NCBI GenBank assembly: GCA_051531975.1 | Contig: JAOPTT010000002.1 | Location: 1 to 64,000, forward strand | Source: Spirochaetaceae bacterium | Lineage (GTDB): Bacteria > Spirochaetota > Spirochaetia > DSM-2461 | DNA: 64,000 nucleotides | Reading direction: 5' to 3' | Shown here: piece by piece, positions 1-9,708 of the stretch | Position numbering within the stretch: the stretch's first letter is position 1 | Layout of the letters: each line of letters begins with the position of its first letter | The notes under the pieces: model-generated | Databases searched by the model: none | Told to the model about the DNA's origin: nothing | What the model saw: the letters and a program-made list of their open reading frames with translations, nothing else | Made by a program: the position numbers and the translations under genes

Positions 1-223
1 CGGATCTGGATTTAATTAAATTACCTATGGCCTTTTCACTATTCCCACCCTCATATACATCAGCAGTATCTATGAAGTTAACACCTCCATCTACGGCCTG
101 ATTTAGAATTTTCTCTGCATTTGAGAAGTTAAAATCATCTCCCCATTTACCACCAACTTGCCATGTTCCAAGGCTAACTTCCGATACTTTGAATCCAGTT
201 TTTCCTAAAGTTCTATAATTCAT
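1..223 (-). CDS. Aldo/keto reductase, N-terminal part (runs off the window edge)
   Basis: Manual translation from ATG at 223: MNYRTLGKTGFKVSEVSLGTWQVGGKWG...GVNFIDTADVYEGGNSEKAIG, with the AKR LGT and DTADVY motifs; AGGAG RBS at 231-235. Not in the ORF track. Confidence 0.9.
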   Translation of the reverse strand, partial: MNYRTLGKTGFKVSEVSLGTWQVGGKWGDDFNFSNAEKILNQAVDGGVNFIDTADVYEGGNSEKAIGNLIKSRS

Positions 224-366
224 AGATAAACTCCTTTTTTAGGGTATTAAAATAATTATATAAGTTTGAGTTAACTCTAAGTCAATGAAATTAATGTTTT
301 TAGTTTCAAAAAATACATCTTTTTAATGAAATCATTCTGGAATTAAAACCTTAATGTAAAATTAAT

Positions 367-394
367 TCACAGCATTATGTATAATATGCTGTGA
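367..394. other. Inverted repeat (TCACAGCAT...ATGCTGTGA), terminator or operator
   Basis: 9-bp perfect arms in the intergenic region between the divergent AKR and hrpA genes. Confidence 0.4.
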
Positions 395-670
395 TATTCA
401 CAAGTTTTGTTTAGATCCTAAGTTTTTGGAATAACGAATTAGGTTTCTTTTGTGTACAAGTGTTTTCAGCATATATAGTTGTACACCCTAGTTTAATCAT
501 TTCTAGAACTATTTTGTTGATGCTGATTATTTTGCTTTTTTAACCCTTCATCGAATTACCATTTATTAGTAGGTGTAGCGCATTTATCCTATTTTATATA
601 GATTACCCATTTTGATTCACCTACTTAAATAATAAGAAACATTCTTAAAAAAGACAAAGATTTCTTTTTA

Positions 671-679
671 TGATAGACT
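671..679 (+). promoter_or_regulatory. Extended -10 (TG-a-TAGACT) 6 nt before the hrpA ATG; probable leaderless promoter
   Basis: tgaTAGACTttatttATG, no SD sequence. Confidence 0.55.
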
Positions 680-685
680 TTATTT

Positions 686-3208
686 ATGAATCCAAAAGAG
701 TTACCAGTATATAAAGAAAAACAAAGAATATTAGATGCACTAGAACATAATCAGGTTATAATTGTAGAAAGCCCTACAGGTTCTGGTAAAACAACACAAA
801 TACCACTTATTTTAAACGAAGCTGGATATGCTTCTAAAGGTGTTATTGGAATAACTCAACCTAGAAGAATTGCAACACTTTCTGTTTCAGAATATATGGC
901 AAAACAACTTAAAGTAACAGTACCTGGTTTTGTTGGATATAAAATGAGATTCGACGATCAAACAGTTCCATCAACGGCACTAAAAATAATGACAGATGGT
1001 ATACTGTTACAAGAGATAAAACATGACCCATTACTGAGTGCTTACTCTGTTATGATGGTTGATGAGGCACACGAAAGAAGTCTAAATATAGATTTTGTAT
1101 TAGGTCTATTAAAAAATGTTTTAAAAGAACGTAAAGATTTTAAAGTAATAATATCTTCAGCAACACTAAATACCCAAAGCTTTTCAGACTACTTTTTTAA
1201 AGCTCCAATAATAACAATAGAGACAGTACCATATGTAGTAAATATGATGTATCACCCGTTAAAATCCGACCACACCGATGACCTAATAAAGGCAATTGCT
1301 GATACCGTTGAAAGAAACGTTATGAACAAAAGTAAGGGTGATGGAGATATATTAATATTTTTATCTGGAGAGAAACTTATTAAAGATACAGTTACAGCTT
1401 TAGAAGCTAGTAGTGTCTTTAAAAAACTTTTTATTATCCCTCTATATGGAAGGTTAAGTAAGGAAGAGCAAGAGAAGATTTTTATGAAGACCCCGTTGTT
1501 TAAAACTAAAGTTGTAGTTTCTACTAACATAGCAGAAACAAGTGTAACTATAGACGGTATTACAATTGTTTTAGACTCAGGTTTAAGTAAACTTAACTTC
1601 TATAATCCCCATACTTTTACCTCTTCGTTAATTGAGAACTCAATATCTAAGGCTTCAGCTGACCAGAGAAAAGGTAGAGCTGGTAGAACTGCACCAGGAA
1701 CTTGTTATCGGTTTTACTCTAAAAACGATTACGATATTAAAGATAGATTTACCAGAGAAGAGATTTTTAGAACCGACCTGTCAGAGGTTGTACTTAGAAT
1801 GTCAGAGATAGGAATTACAGACTTCCACTCTTTTGACTTTTTATCATCTCCAGGAAAACAAGGAATTACAGGAGCAGTTAATACCTTAAATCAGTTTGGA
1901 GCACTTAACTCAGATAATACTTTAAGCAGTATTGGTGACATGATGGTAATGTTTCCACTTCTACCTAGACATTCTAGAATGATAGTAGAGTCAATTTTAC
2001 GATATCCAGATGTTCTAAACGAAGTAATAATTGCTACAAGTTTTATAAGTACAAGAAGCCCTTTTACTTTTGTACAAGGTGAAGAGTTGGCATCTAGGGA
2101 AGCCCATGCATCTTTTGGAGATGCCAACGGAGATTTTAGTGCCTACTTAAAACTATATAAAATGTTTAACGATGCTGCTAAAAAAGATAAGTTTTGCAAA
2201 AGATTTTATTTAGATGAAAAAATAATGCACGAAATAATTAATATACACGAGCAGTTAAGTTCAATTGTTAGTGAAATGGGGATACCAATATCCGATAGTG
2301 GAAACTTTAACTTTAAAGAGTACATTATTAGTTTGGCTGCAGGTCTGATTCAATTTATTGGTGCAAAAAATGGTCGAGGTGTTTATAGAACCCCAACAAC
2401 TGATAAAGTAATTATACACCCTGGTTCTGTGCTGTTTAGAGAGAAACCAGATTTTATTGTAGCTGGTGAGATTGTAAAAACTAGTAGAATGTATGCAAGA
2501 AGTGTAAGCCCATTAAAGAAGCAGTGGATTAAAGATATATCTGAAGAGTTATACCTTAACCTAATTACTGGTGGAATGATAAAAGGTGATAAAAGACCTA
2601 GAAGAGAGAAAGAGCTACCTAGAAACACTAGGGAAAGAGATACTACTAATAACCTAAGTATTGGGAAGTTCATGTTCCCAATTTCCCAGGTTAGTGGTAA
2701 AAAATATATAGTTTTACAATGGAATGAGCTAAAACAGGCATTAAACCAGACAAAATGGGACGAAATTCCTCAGTTTGGTAATTTACGAGGTGAACTTAAA
2801 TATAAAAACTTTATTATATTAAAAGAAGCAAAGGTTAATAAAATATTTAAGGCTGCTAAGTTAATAGATCCTACTAAAGAGATATTAGATGATTTTCCAA
2901 AAGAGACGTTTCATATTAACAACATAGAGGATTTAGAGAAAATACTAATTCCAGCAATTGGTTTCACAATGAATTTGACCCCGGTTAGTAAAAAGAAGAA
3001 AAACAAAAATGAACTAGGGTTTTTAAGTCTTAATACTGATAATAATGGAACCTATTGGTTTAAATGTACAAAAAGATTTAATACAGCTCTTAACCAGAGT
3101 GTAGAAGCAATTGGGTCTTTATCGAATAATACAAAAGACCAGATATCCCAGGAAAGTAGGGAAAAAATTAACCTAATTTATGGGAAACTGGACTCTTTTT
3201 ACTTATAA
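686..3208 (+). CDS. hrpA: ATP-dependent DEAH-box RNA helicase HrpA
   Basis: GSGKTTQ (motif I), TQPRRIA, DEAHERS, SAT, STNIAETSVTIDG, QRKGRAGR, HA2-like region. Confidence 0.92.
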   Translation: MNPKELPVYKEKQRILDALEHNQVIIVESPTGSGKTTQIPLILNEAGYASKGVIGITQPRRIATLSVSEYMAKQLKVTVPGFVGYKMRFDDQTVPSTALKIMTDGILLQEIKHDPLLSAYSVMMVDEAHERSLNIDFVLGLLKNVLKERKDFKVIISSATLNTQSFSDYFFKAPIITIETVPYVVNMMYHPLKSDHTDDLIKAIADTVERNVMNKSKGDGDILIFLSGEKLIKDTVTALEASSVFKKLFIIPLYGRLSKEEQEKIFMKTPLFKTKVVVSTNIAETSVTIDGITIVLDSGLSKLNFYNPHTFTSSLIENSISKASADQRKGRAGRTAPGTCYRFYSKNDYDIKDRFTREEIFRTDLSEVVLRMSEIGITDFHSFDFLSSPGKQGITGAVNTLNQFGALNSDNTLSSIGDMMVMFPLLPRHSRMIVESILRYPDVLNEVIIATSFISTRSPFTFVQGEELASREAHASFGDANGDFSAYLKLYKMFNDAAKKDKFCKRFYLDEKIMHEIINIHEQLSSIVSEMGIPISDSGNFNFKEYIISLAAGLIQFIGAKNGRGVYRTPTTDKVIIHPGSVLFREKPDFIVAGEIVKTSRMYARSVSPLKKQWIKDISEELYLNLITGGMIKGDKRPRREKELPRNTRERDTTNNLSIGKFMFPISQVSGKKYIVLQWNELKQALNQTKWDEIPQFGNLRGELKYKNFIILKEAKVNKIFKAAKLIDPTKEILDDFPKETFHINNIEDLEKILIPAIGFTMNLTPVSKKKKNKNELGFLSLNTDNNGTYWFKCTKRFNTALNQSVEAIGSLSNNTKDQISQESREKINLIYGKLDSFYL

Positions 3209-3211
3209 GGT
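3165..3211 (+). repeat. 47-bp direct repeat, copy 1 (3' end of hrpA)
   Basis: Matches 4189-4235 at 44/47 nt. Confidence 0.95.
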
Positions 3212-3237
3212 ATAACACCTTATACCTACGGGGTATA
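3204..3237. terminator. Overlapping hairpins between convergent hrpA and higA
   Basis: TATAAGGT-ataac-ACCTTATA and TATACC-tacgg-GGTATA. Confidence 0.4.
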
Positions 3238-3247
3238 GAACCATAAT

Positions 3248-3673
3248 TTAAACTGCCTCATCAATAAACACTTGTTCAGGCACATTGTACTTTTTTGCTA
3301 GTGCTTTTATATGATTAAGATTAAGGTTTCGTTTCCCTGATAATATTTCACTAAGAACTGTTCGAGATATAATGTTAGATAAAGAGGTTTGTGTATCACC
3401 TCTATCTTCCATTAAATACTTCAGAGCTTGCACTCCTGTACCTTTTATTTTTGATTGAGTAGTTTCATATGCCCTTAGTATATCTAAAACTCTAAGATAA
3501 ATAGCTCTTAAGTAGTCAACACCATCGTTAACTCTCTCAAAAAGAGCTAATGCAAAATCCTCTACAATAATTGCATCATCATCTGATTCAATTGATAAGT
3601 TCGAAACATATAAAAGGAGTTGTTGTAACTCTGACAACTCTGTGAACTTTGGTTTTAATTCAATTTTATTCAC
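3248..3673 (-). CDS. higA: HigA-type antitoxin, XRE helix-turn-helix
   Basis: C-terminal ALKYLMEDRGDTQTSLS...SEILSGKRNLNLNHIKALAKKYNVP; directly downstream of higB. Confidence 0.85.
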   Translation of the reverse strand: MNKIELKPKFTELSELQQLLLYVSNLSIESDDDAIIVEDFALALFERVNDGVDYLRAIYLRVLDILRAYETTQSKIKGTGVQALKYLMEDRGDTQTSLSNIISRTVLSEILSGKRNLNLNHIKALAKKYNVPEQVFIDEAV

Positions 3674-3675
3674 TG

Positions 3676-3981
3676 TTATTTACCTTTCCTCTGTACATAT
3701 TTTCTATCATAATCCTTATGTAGTAAGAACTCTACAATCAATATACTTTGTCTTCTGTAGTCTATAGCAGTTATTAGTCTATATGTCCCACCACATATAT
3801 TGAAGCAAGTATACATATTTTTATATCCAACCGCATCTGCATGCCGTATAGACTCCCTTAACTCTATGATATGCTTTGGGTGAATATTACTTATATTCTT
3901 AATCCAACCGTTAATAGACTCTCTAGCTGTAGGATATTTATTAACAATCCTACGTAGTTTGGCTTCTGTTTCAATTATCAA
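3676..3981 (-). CDS. higB: HigB-family mRNA interferase toxin
   Basis: ADAVG...TCFNICGGTYRLITAIDY...LLHKDYD matches the HigB FNIxGNxYRL...HxEYD pattern; toxin-first gene order. Confidence 0.85.
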   Translation of the reverse strand: MIIETEAKLRRIVNKYPTARESINGWIKNISNIHPKHIIELRESIRHADAVGYKNMYTCFNICGGTYRLITAIDYRRQSILIVEFLLHKDYDRKYVQRKGK

Positions 3982-4002
3982 GTACAGCTCCTCTACTCTT
4001 AA

Positions 4003-4054
4003 ATTGTCGCATATCGAGACACTTCTGTCAATATTTTTGTCGCGAAAATCGACA
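4003..4054 (-). promoter_or_regulatory. higBA promoter with two 17-bp TGTC-N9-GACA operators
   Basis: TGTCGCATATCGAGACA (4005-4021) and TGTCGCGAAAATCGACA (4038-4054) flank a minus-strand TTGACA (4026-4031). Confidence 0.7.
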
Positions 4055-4188
4055 GGTATATATTTTTATAGCGCCTACTATCTCTCAAATTGAATATCCT
4101 TCTTGATGTAAAGTCCATATAATAGGCGTTGCTCCAAGAGTTTCTTATGTTAGTGATAATTATATAGTTTTGAAAAACAACATAACAT

Positions 4189-4235
4189 AAATTAACCTAA
4201 TTTATGGGAAACTGGACTCGTTCTATTTATAAGGT
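4189..4235 (+). repeat. 47-bp direct repeat, copy 2 (orphan hrpA 3' end, INLIYGKLDSFYL*)
   Basis: Three mismatches to copy 1, all synonymous. Confidence 0.95.
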
Positions 4236-4238
4236 GGT

Positions 4239-4267
4239 ACCTAGCTATAGCTAGGTTATAGCTAGGT
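4239..4267. terminator. Perfect 18-bp palindrome ACCTAGCTATAGCTAGGT plus an 11-bp tandem duplication; likely terminator
   Basis: Lies between the orphan hrpA tail and the convergent aroB stop. Confidence 0.5.
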
Positions 4268-5277
4268 TATAATACTTTTAATAGAACCTCTTCAGGAACT
4301 TCTCTAATTAGAGTTTCCTGGGGAGCAGTCTGAAGTATAAACTTAACGATTCCACCCTTTTTCTTTTTATCTAATTTCATGGCATTAATTATTTTATTAG
4401 AATCCACTTTGGCAGTTAATCGGTATTTATATAGGTTTAACAGATCTATAACTCTATTATAATAATCTGAATCAACAATTCCTAATTCTAAAGATGTCTG
4501 CATAGCTTTACCTATTCCCCAAACTACACCTTCACCATGGCTAAAATCTTTAAAACCAGTAACAGTTTCTAAGGCGTGTCCAAAGGTATGGCCTAGGTTT
4601 AAAGTTGCTCTAATAGATCTTTCGTATAGATCCTCTTCTACAATTTTACCTTTAGCTTTTATACACCCGTTTATCATAAACTCTAAAGCCTCTGTATCTA
4701 GGGCTAATATTTCATCTCTACTATTTTCTAAGAATTCAAATAGTTTAATATCGACTAACATTGCGGTTTTAATAACTTCACCTAAACCAGATAAAAACTC
4801 TCTAGGGCTAAGTGTCTTTAATGTTTCAACCCCTACTCGAAGTTCCTGGGCAGGATAAAATGCTCCAACTAAGTTTTTATATCCACGGTAATCAACACCG
4901 GTTTTACCACCTAAAGCGGCATCGGACATTGCAAGTAGAGTTGTAGGAACTAAAGTTACCTTACAACCTCTCATGAAAACTGAAGCTGCAAATGCTGTCA
5001 TATCGCATATTACACCACCACCAATTCCAACAAAAATAGAATCTCTAGCAAGTTCTAACTCTACAGCTTTTGAAAGTATTTTATCCACACTTTCCCAGTT
5101 TTTAAACTGCTCTCCTGGCTGTAATATAATAGCTTTATCTAGATACTTTTTAGGTATAAGATACTTCGTATTTTCATCGGCTACAAATAGAGATCCATCT
5201 GCTGGTATTAGGTCTTCTAAATCGTAAAAACCGACACTTGTTTTATACTGTCCAAAACTAAATTCATAATTACTCAT
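4267..5277 (-). CDS. aroB: 3-dehydroquinate synthase
   Basis: GGGVICDMTAFAAS, PTTLLAMSDAALGGKTG, KNLVGAF, LNLGHTFGHALE, HGEGV, DKKK. Confidence 0.95.
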   Translation of the reverse strand: MSNYEFSFGQYKTSVGFYDLEDLIPADGSLFVADENTKYLIPKKYLDKAIILQPGEQFKNWESVDKILSKAVELELARDSIFVGIGGGVICDMTAFAASVFMRGCKVTLVPTTLLAMSDAALGGKTGVDYRGYKNLVGAFYPAQELRVGVETLKTLSPREFLSGLGEVIKTAMLVDIKLFEFLENSRDEILALDTEALEFMINGCIKAKGKIVEEDLYERSIRATLNLGHTFGHALETVTGFKDFSHGEGVVWGIGKAMQTSLELGIVDSDYYNRVIDLLNLYKYRLTAKVDSNKIINAMKLDKKKKGGIVKFILQTAPQETLIREVPEEVLLKVL

Positions 5278-5349
5278 GGGATTATTTTAAAATAAATATA
5301 TCAGTTTTACTAGTGACACTTAAACCCGTTGTTGTGTTATATTACTTGT

Positions 5350-6612
5350 ATGAAAAAATTTATAATTCTTTTACTAATAACAATTAGAACATTTACTGTT
5401 TTTGCACAGCAAGAAGTATATACATTAACCGATATACAATACGATATAAAAGGGTCAACACAGCCCTTCTTTTTTGAGAATAGATTAGATTTAAATCGAG
5501 GGTTAACATTCAAGACCTTAGAAGAGATAAAAACCTTCGAAGAGACTGTAAAACAAGAGATTGAAAACCTTCGAATATACGAAGAATTTAGTGTAGAAAC
5601 TATAATAACTGGAAACAGTGTTGTTTTGCTGGTATATCTTGACGAAGCCTGGGGTCTGATTCCATTTGGTTATCCAAAGTATGACTCGGAAGAAGGTGGA
5701 CGTATAGGGATGAAACTTTACTGGTATAACTCCCTAGGAACATTAACTGATACTCTATTTCAGGGTGGTGTTAACATTGGTTTAAATAGTGATGATGATT
5801 TAGAACTACAAACCTGGGATGCACAAGTTGGAGTTTCTGATATATTAATAAACAGTAGATATTACGATTTTCATTATAAACAAGAGCTAGATCGGGAATC
5901 AAAAGACGACGAAGAGTGGAGCTTTTATAGTTCTAAGGTAAAAATAGGTACAACATTTGAACTATTTGGAATATTGAATTATTCACCTAAAATTTCCCTT
6001 GAGAGTCGATATGCATATAAACCAGTAGATGAATCAATTCTTGAAGAAGATATAATTGAAAACCCAATAACACTCTCCTACACCCATGGTTTCTCTAAAG
6101 ATACTGTAAACTGGGTTGGAAACTTTAGAGATGGTTATAAATATGGAATTGGGAATTCAATACACATGTTATATACCGATGAGGGAGACTTAAAGCCAGC
6201 TACTGATTTCACTCTGTTTGGTGCATATTATAAAGCATTTGGAACTTCCCCAATATCTATAAGCAGTAAATTAACAGGAACAATATCTATTAATAACGAA
6301 CTATTAGGCCTTGGAAGTAAAGTCCGAGGAGTAGATAGTGGAGATTTATATGGAGATATGGGTCTGTTTTCAAATAACAACATTTATATTAGAGTGATCA
6401 AAATAGAGAACTTTGCAGAAGCAATATTTGCTCCCCACTTCGATATGGGAATAACTGATAATTTGGATTTTAAATATGGAGCAGGTGCTGACTTTATCTT
6501 ATATGTAGATAAACTAAAATCCTTAGTCGCAAGAGGTTCAGTATCCTGGGATTTAACAGATTTTGATGTTACAGACTTTAAATTAGATATAACTAGTAGT
6601 CTTTTCTTCTAG
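5350..6612 (+). CDS. Putative outer-membrane beta-barrel protein (POTRA/Omp85-like layout)
   Basis: Signal peptide MKKFIILLL...VFA; short POTRA-like N-terminus; alternating aromatic beta strands; ends in FF. Start moved to ATG 5350. Confidence 0.55.
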   Translation: MKKFIILLLITIRTFTVFAQQEVYTLTDIQYDIKGSTQPFFFENRLDLNRGLTFKTLEEIKTFEETVKQEIENLRIYEEFSVETIITGNSVVLLVYLDEAWGLIPFGYPKYDSEEGGRIGMKLYWYNSLGTLTDTLFQGGVNIGLNSDDDLELQTWDAQVGVSDILINSRYYDFHYKQELDRESKDDEEWSFYSSKVKIGTTFELFGILNYSPKISLESRYAYKPVDESILEEDIIENPITLSYTHGFSKDTVNWVGNFRDGYKYGIGNSIHMLYTDEGDLKPATDFTLFGAYYKAFGTSPISISSKLTGTISINNELLGLGSKVRGVDSGDLYGDMGLFSNNNIYIRVIKIENFAEAIFAPHFDMGITDNLDFKYGAGADFILYVDKLKSLVARGSVSWDLTDFDVTDFKLDITSSLFF

Positions 6613-7813
6613 ACCAAACATCTCGTCTACTTATCTTTTTATGCCTTCTAGGCATATTCATGACTCTATGATATCGGTCTTCCCACTGGTCTAATATAAG
6701 GTTAAAATCTTGTTTTTTTACTGACTCTAAACAGTTGGCTGAGAATTTTTTATATAGTTCTTCATCTGTTAAAAGTTTTTCCATGGCATCTGTAATTTCT
6801 TCAGAGTCATTTGGAGTAACTAAAAAACCGTTATGATTATTCTCAATTACACACGGAATACCTTTAGCATCAGGTCCAATACACGGGATACCATTTGCTT
6901 CAGCTTCTAATATTGTAATAGATTGTGTTTCGGTAGTTGATGCTGTAACAAAAAGTTTACATGCTCCAAAAATACCAGATGTTTTAAGTTCATCGGTGGG
7001 AATCTGACCTAAAAATATTATTCTTTTATCTAACCCCTGACTTTTTACAAACTCTTTACACTCTGCGAAAGATGGTCCACCACCTACAACTAATAATATT
7101 GTAGTTAAATCCTTTTCACATAATTTTTTAAATGATGTTAAAAGACATATCATATTTTTTTCTGGAGCAATTCTACCAACATAGAGGGCTAATTCACCAT
7201 CTGGATTGTATTTTTGTTTAATTAGGTCCGCTTTAGAGTTATCAAAACTATCTAACTTAATTCCATTAGAAACTGCTTCAACCTCTATTCTAGCTTTGTT
7301 TCTTATTAGCTCTTTTCTTGCATTCTCTGTAGGTGTAGTTATCAGGTGTGATCGATTGTAAAATGAGTTAGTAAACCACCATGCAAACCTTTGGGTAAAA
7401 GAACCAGCTCTAGGAAAAAACTGTCTTAAATATGTAAGTTCACTAACAAATGTATGGTAAGTTCCAATAATAGGTTTTCCTAATCTTTTACCAACTAAAA
7501 TACCAAATACCGAGATGGTTATTGGTGTCATAAAATGTACAAGGTCAATATTCTCTTTTTTTAACCTTTTATATGTTGGTTTATGGATTATTGTAGACCA
7601 TTTAAATCCTTCATAAAAGGCTGCATCTACAGCTGGAATTCGAAGAACTTCAATATCTTTATATACAAATTCTACAAATGAAATACTTTCATCAGGGGAA
7701 ATTATAAATACTTTGTGACCCTTATCAGCCATACCTTTTGCGATATCAATAATGGAGGTAACAATTCCATTAACCTGTGGGTAAAATGTATCAGTAAAAA
7801 TTGCTATTTTCAT
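6593..7813 (-). CDS. GT4 glycosyltransferase (diacylglycerol glucosyltransferase-like)
   Basis: MKIAIFTDTFYPQVNGIVTS, GTYHT, YVGRIAPEKN, TETQSITILEA; RBS AAGGA before ATG 7813. Confidence 0.85.
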   Translation of the reverse strand: MKIAIFTDTFYPQVNGIVTSIIDIAKGMADKGHKVFIISPDESISFVEFVYKDIEVLRIPAVDAAFYEGFKWSTIIHKPTYKRLKKENIDLVHFMTPITISVFGILVGKRLGKPIIGTYHTFVSELTYLRQFFPRAGSFTQRFAWWFTNSFYNRSHLITTPTENARKELIRNKARIEVEAVSNGIKLDSFDNSKADLIKQKYNPDGELALYVGRIAPEKNMICLLTSFKKLCEKDLTTILLVVGGGPSFAECKEFVKSQGLDKRIIFLGQIPTDELKTSGIFGACKLFVTASTTETQSITILEAEANGIPCIGPDAKGIPCVIENNHNGFLVTPNDSEEITDAMEKLLTDEELYKKFSANCLESVKKQDFNLILDQWEDRYHRVMNMPRRHKKISRRDVWSRRKDY

Positions 7814-7956
7814 GGATTTCCTTGAATATAATGTTAATAATATTGTTACATTAAGTTGTAAAATAATCAATTATATTATTATAATTTCGTCTCTTGTAGA
7901 CAAAAGATTATACAATAGCTATTCTAATAAAAAATATACAATTAATTGGAGAAACC

Positions 7957-9666
7957 GTGAAAAAGATTTTATTAATATTATCAATTATACTTATCAGTTT
8001 TAATATATATTCATCTGGTTCTAATAGTGCTAGAGATGAAATTTACGAAGATATTGATCATTGGAGAAATATTGGCCTAATAGATAGACTACCTCCTATA
8101 AGACCATACCCTGCTCAGTACCTTATATTTATATTTAACGAAGTTATTAAAAGAGGTGGTGAGATAGATGTTATAAAAGCTCAAAGATATCTAGAATCTT
8201 TTACCACTATGAATTTGGAAAGTACTATTAAACACAACTCTTATACTGACCTGGAGGAATATGAGACAATTTCAGGCTTTGGTTTAGAAGCTAATATACC
8301 TCTGCATGAATATTTTACTGCAGGTATCGATATTAACGTATTTATGTTAAATCAGATTGATATGGACACTTTAGCACCAACAAGAAGTACCGGAATCGAT
8401 CTAAACATTGATAATATGACAATAGAGACTGGGGATATTACCTGGGATGTATTACAAAGTTTAAATATGAATGCAGGATTTGGTACTGATAGATTATGGT
8501 TCCAGTCAGGTATGATGTCATCTAGTTTTGGTCCACTATTTTCCGACAGTGTTGTTTTAAATCCAAATGCTAAACAAGCTGCACACTTCTCAGGAACATG
8601 GATACATGACCTTTTTACAGCTTCCTATCTGTTTATGCCTATTGTTGCAACAGATAACACTGGGGATGAAGAAACTGATGACAAATATATACATATTAGA
8701 AGTTTAGATTTTAAATTTACAGACTTCTGGGAATTCCAGTTTTATGAAACAGTAGTATATGGTGGAAAGGGAGTTAAACCTATCTTCTTTTTACCCTTTA
8801 ACGAGTTCTTTTATTCTGCAGGACAAGGTGGAACTTGGGATGTTAACTCACTATTAGGATTAAGTAGTAGATTTCAATTCCCACAAAACATAAGTTTATA
8901 TGGAACAGTATATTTAGACGATATAAATGCAATAGAAGTTGTTAAATTAAACTTTGATACAAGATTTAAGTTAGCTGCTCAGTTTAACTTAGACTGGTCT
9001 CCAGAAGAGTCGGTTATTAGCACTGTGAATCTTACCTATACAGCTATAATGCCGTATATGTATACTCACATAACAGAGACACCAGAAGATGATGCTTATC
9101 TTACAGATGATCAGGATTTTGATATTAGAAGCCATGCACTAGCTGAGTATTTAAACTATGAAAACTACACTAATGGTGGTGTATCAATGGGTCCAACAGG
9201 TATGGAACCAAACTCAGATAAAATTGGCTTGAATGTAACATTTAATATACCTAAAGGCTTTAAGATCAAATTAACTTCTGAAATCCTACGACATGGTAAT
9301 AGTTCATCTGACGAGGATAGAGACTATGGTGATGAAACTTTAGATGCTGATGGAAATACTATAGATACAGATAACGATGGTATAGCTGACGAAGCAATCC
9401 CAACAGACGGTACAATCTTTGACCCAGGATATGGTTGGACTGGAGGGTATCAGTATAAGAACTCAACACCATTTTTAACCCAGGATGTTATAGAGACACT
9501 GTTTTTAAATGAAATTGTAATAGTGAGCCCTAGAGTACCTTTAAGATCTGGAGAGATTTATGGTGAACTTGGATATGCATTTGCTTATATAGAGAATAAA
9601 GATTTAGTTGAAGGTGATGATGATTATGCATCCTATATTAGACTATCTTTTAACTATTCATTTTAA
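7957..9666 (+). CDS. Secreted Wzi-like outer-membrane barrel protein
   Basis: Signal peptide; helical N-terminal cap (PPIRPYP); FYETVVYGG, YLDD, PYMYTH motifs; C-terminal YSF. Confidence 0.55.
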   Translation: MKKILLILSIILISFNIYSSGSNSARDEIYEDIDHWRNIGLIDRLPPIRPYPAQYLIFIFNEVIKRGGEIDVIKAQRYLESFTTMNLESTIKHNSYTDLEEYETISGFGLEANIPLHEYFTAGIDINVFMLNQIDMDTLAPTRSTGIDLNIDNMTIETGDITWDVLQSLNMNAGFGTDRLWFQSGMMSSSFGPLFSDSVVLNPNAKQAAHFSGTWIHDLFTASYLFMPIVATDNTGDEETDDKYIHIRSLDFKFTDFWEFQFYETVVYGGKGVKPIFFLPFNEFFYSAGQGGTWDVNSLLGLSSRFQFPQNISLYGTVYLDDINAIEVVKLNFDTRFKLAAQFNLDWSPEESVISTVNLTYTAIMPYMYTHITETPEDDAYLTDDQDFDIRSHALAEYLNYENYTNGGVSMGPTGMEPNSDKIGLNVTFNIPKGFKIKLTSEILRHGNSSSDEDRDYGDETLDADGNTIDTDNDGIADEAIPTDGTIFDPGYGWTGGYQYKNSTPFLTQDVIETLFLNEIVIVSPRVPLRSGEIYGELGYAFAYIENKDLVEGDDDYASYIRLSFNYSF

Positions 9667-9686
9667 TAAGGAAATATAAACTTAAT

Positions 9687-9708
9687 AAGAGCCCTTTATT
9701 GGGCTTTT
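9687..9708. terminator. Bidirectional intrinsic terminator
   Basis: AAGAGCCC-tttatt-GGGCTTTT between convergent genes. Confidence 0.6.

Noticed and set aside
7812..8003. 63-aa ORF in a divergent promoter region
   Set aside because: Low-complexity AT-rich translation overlapping both neighbouring starts
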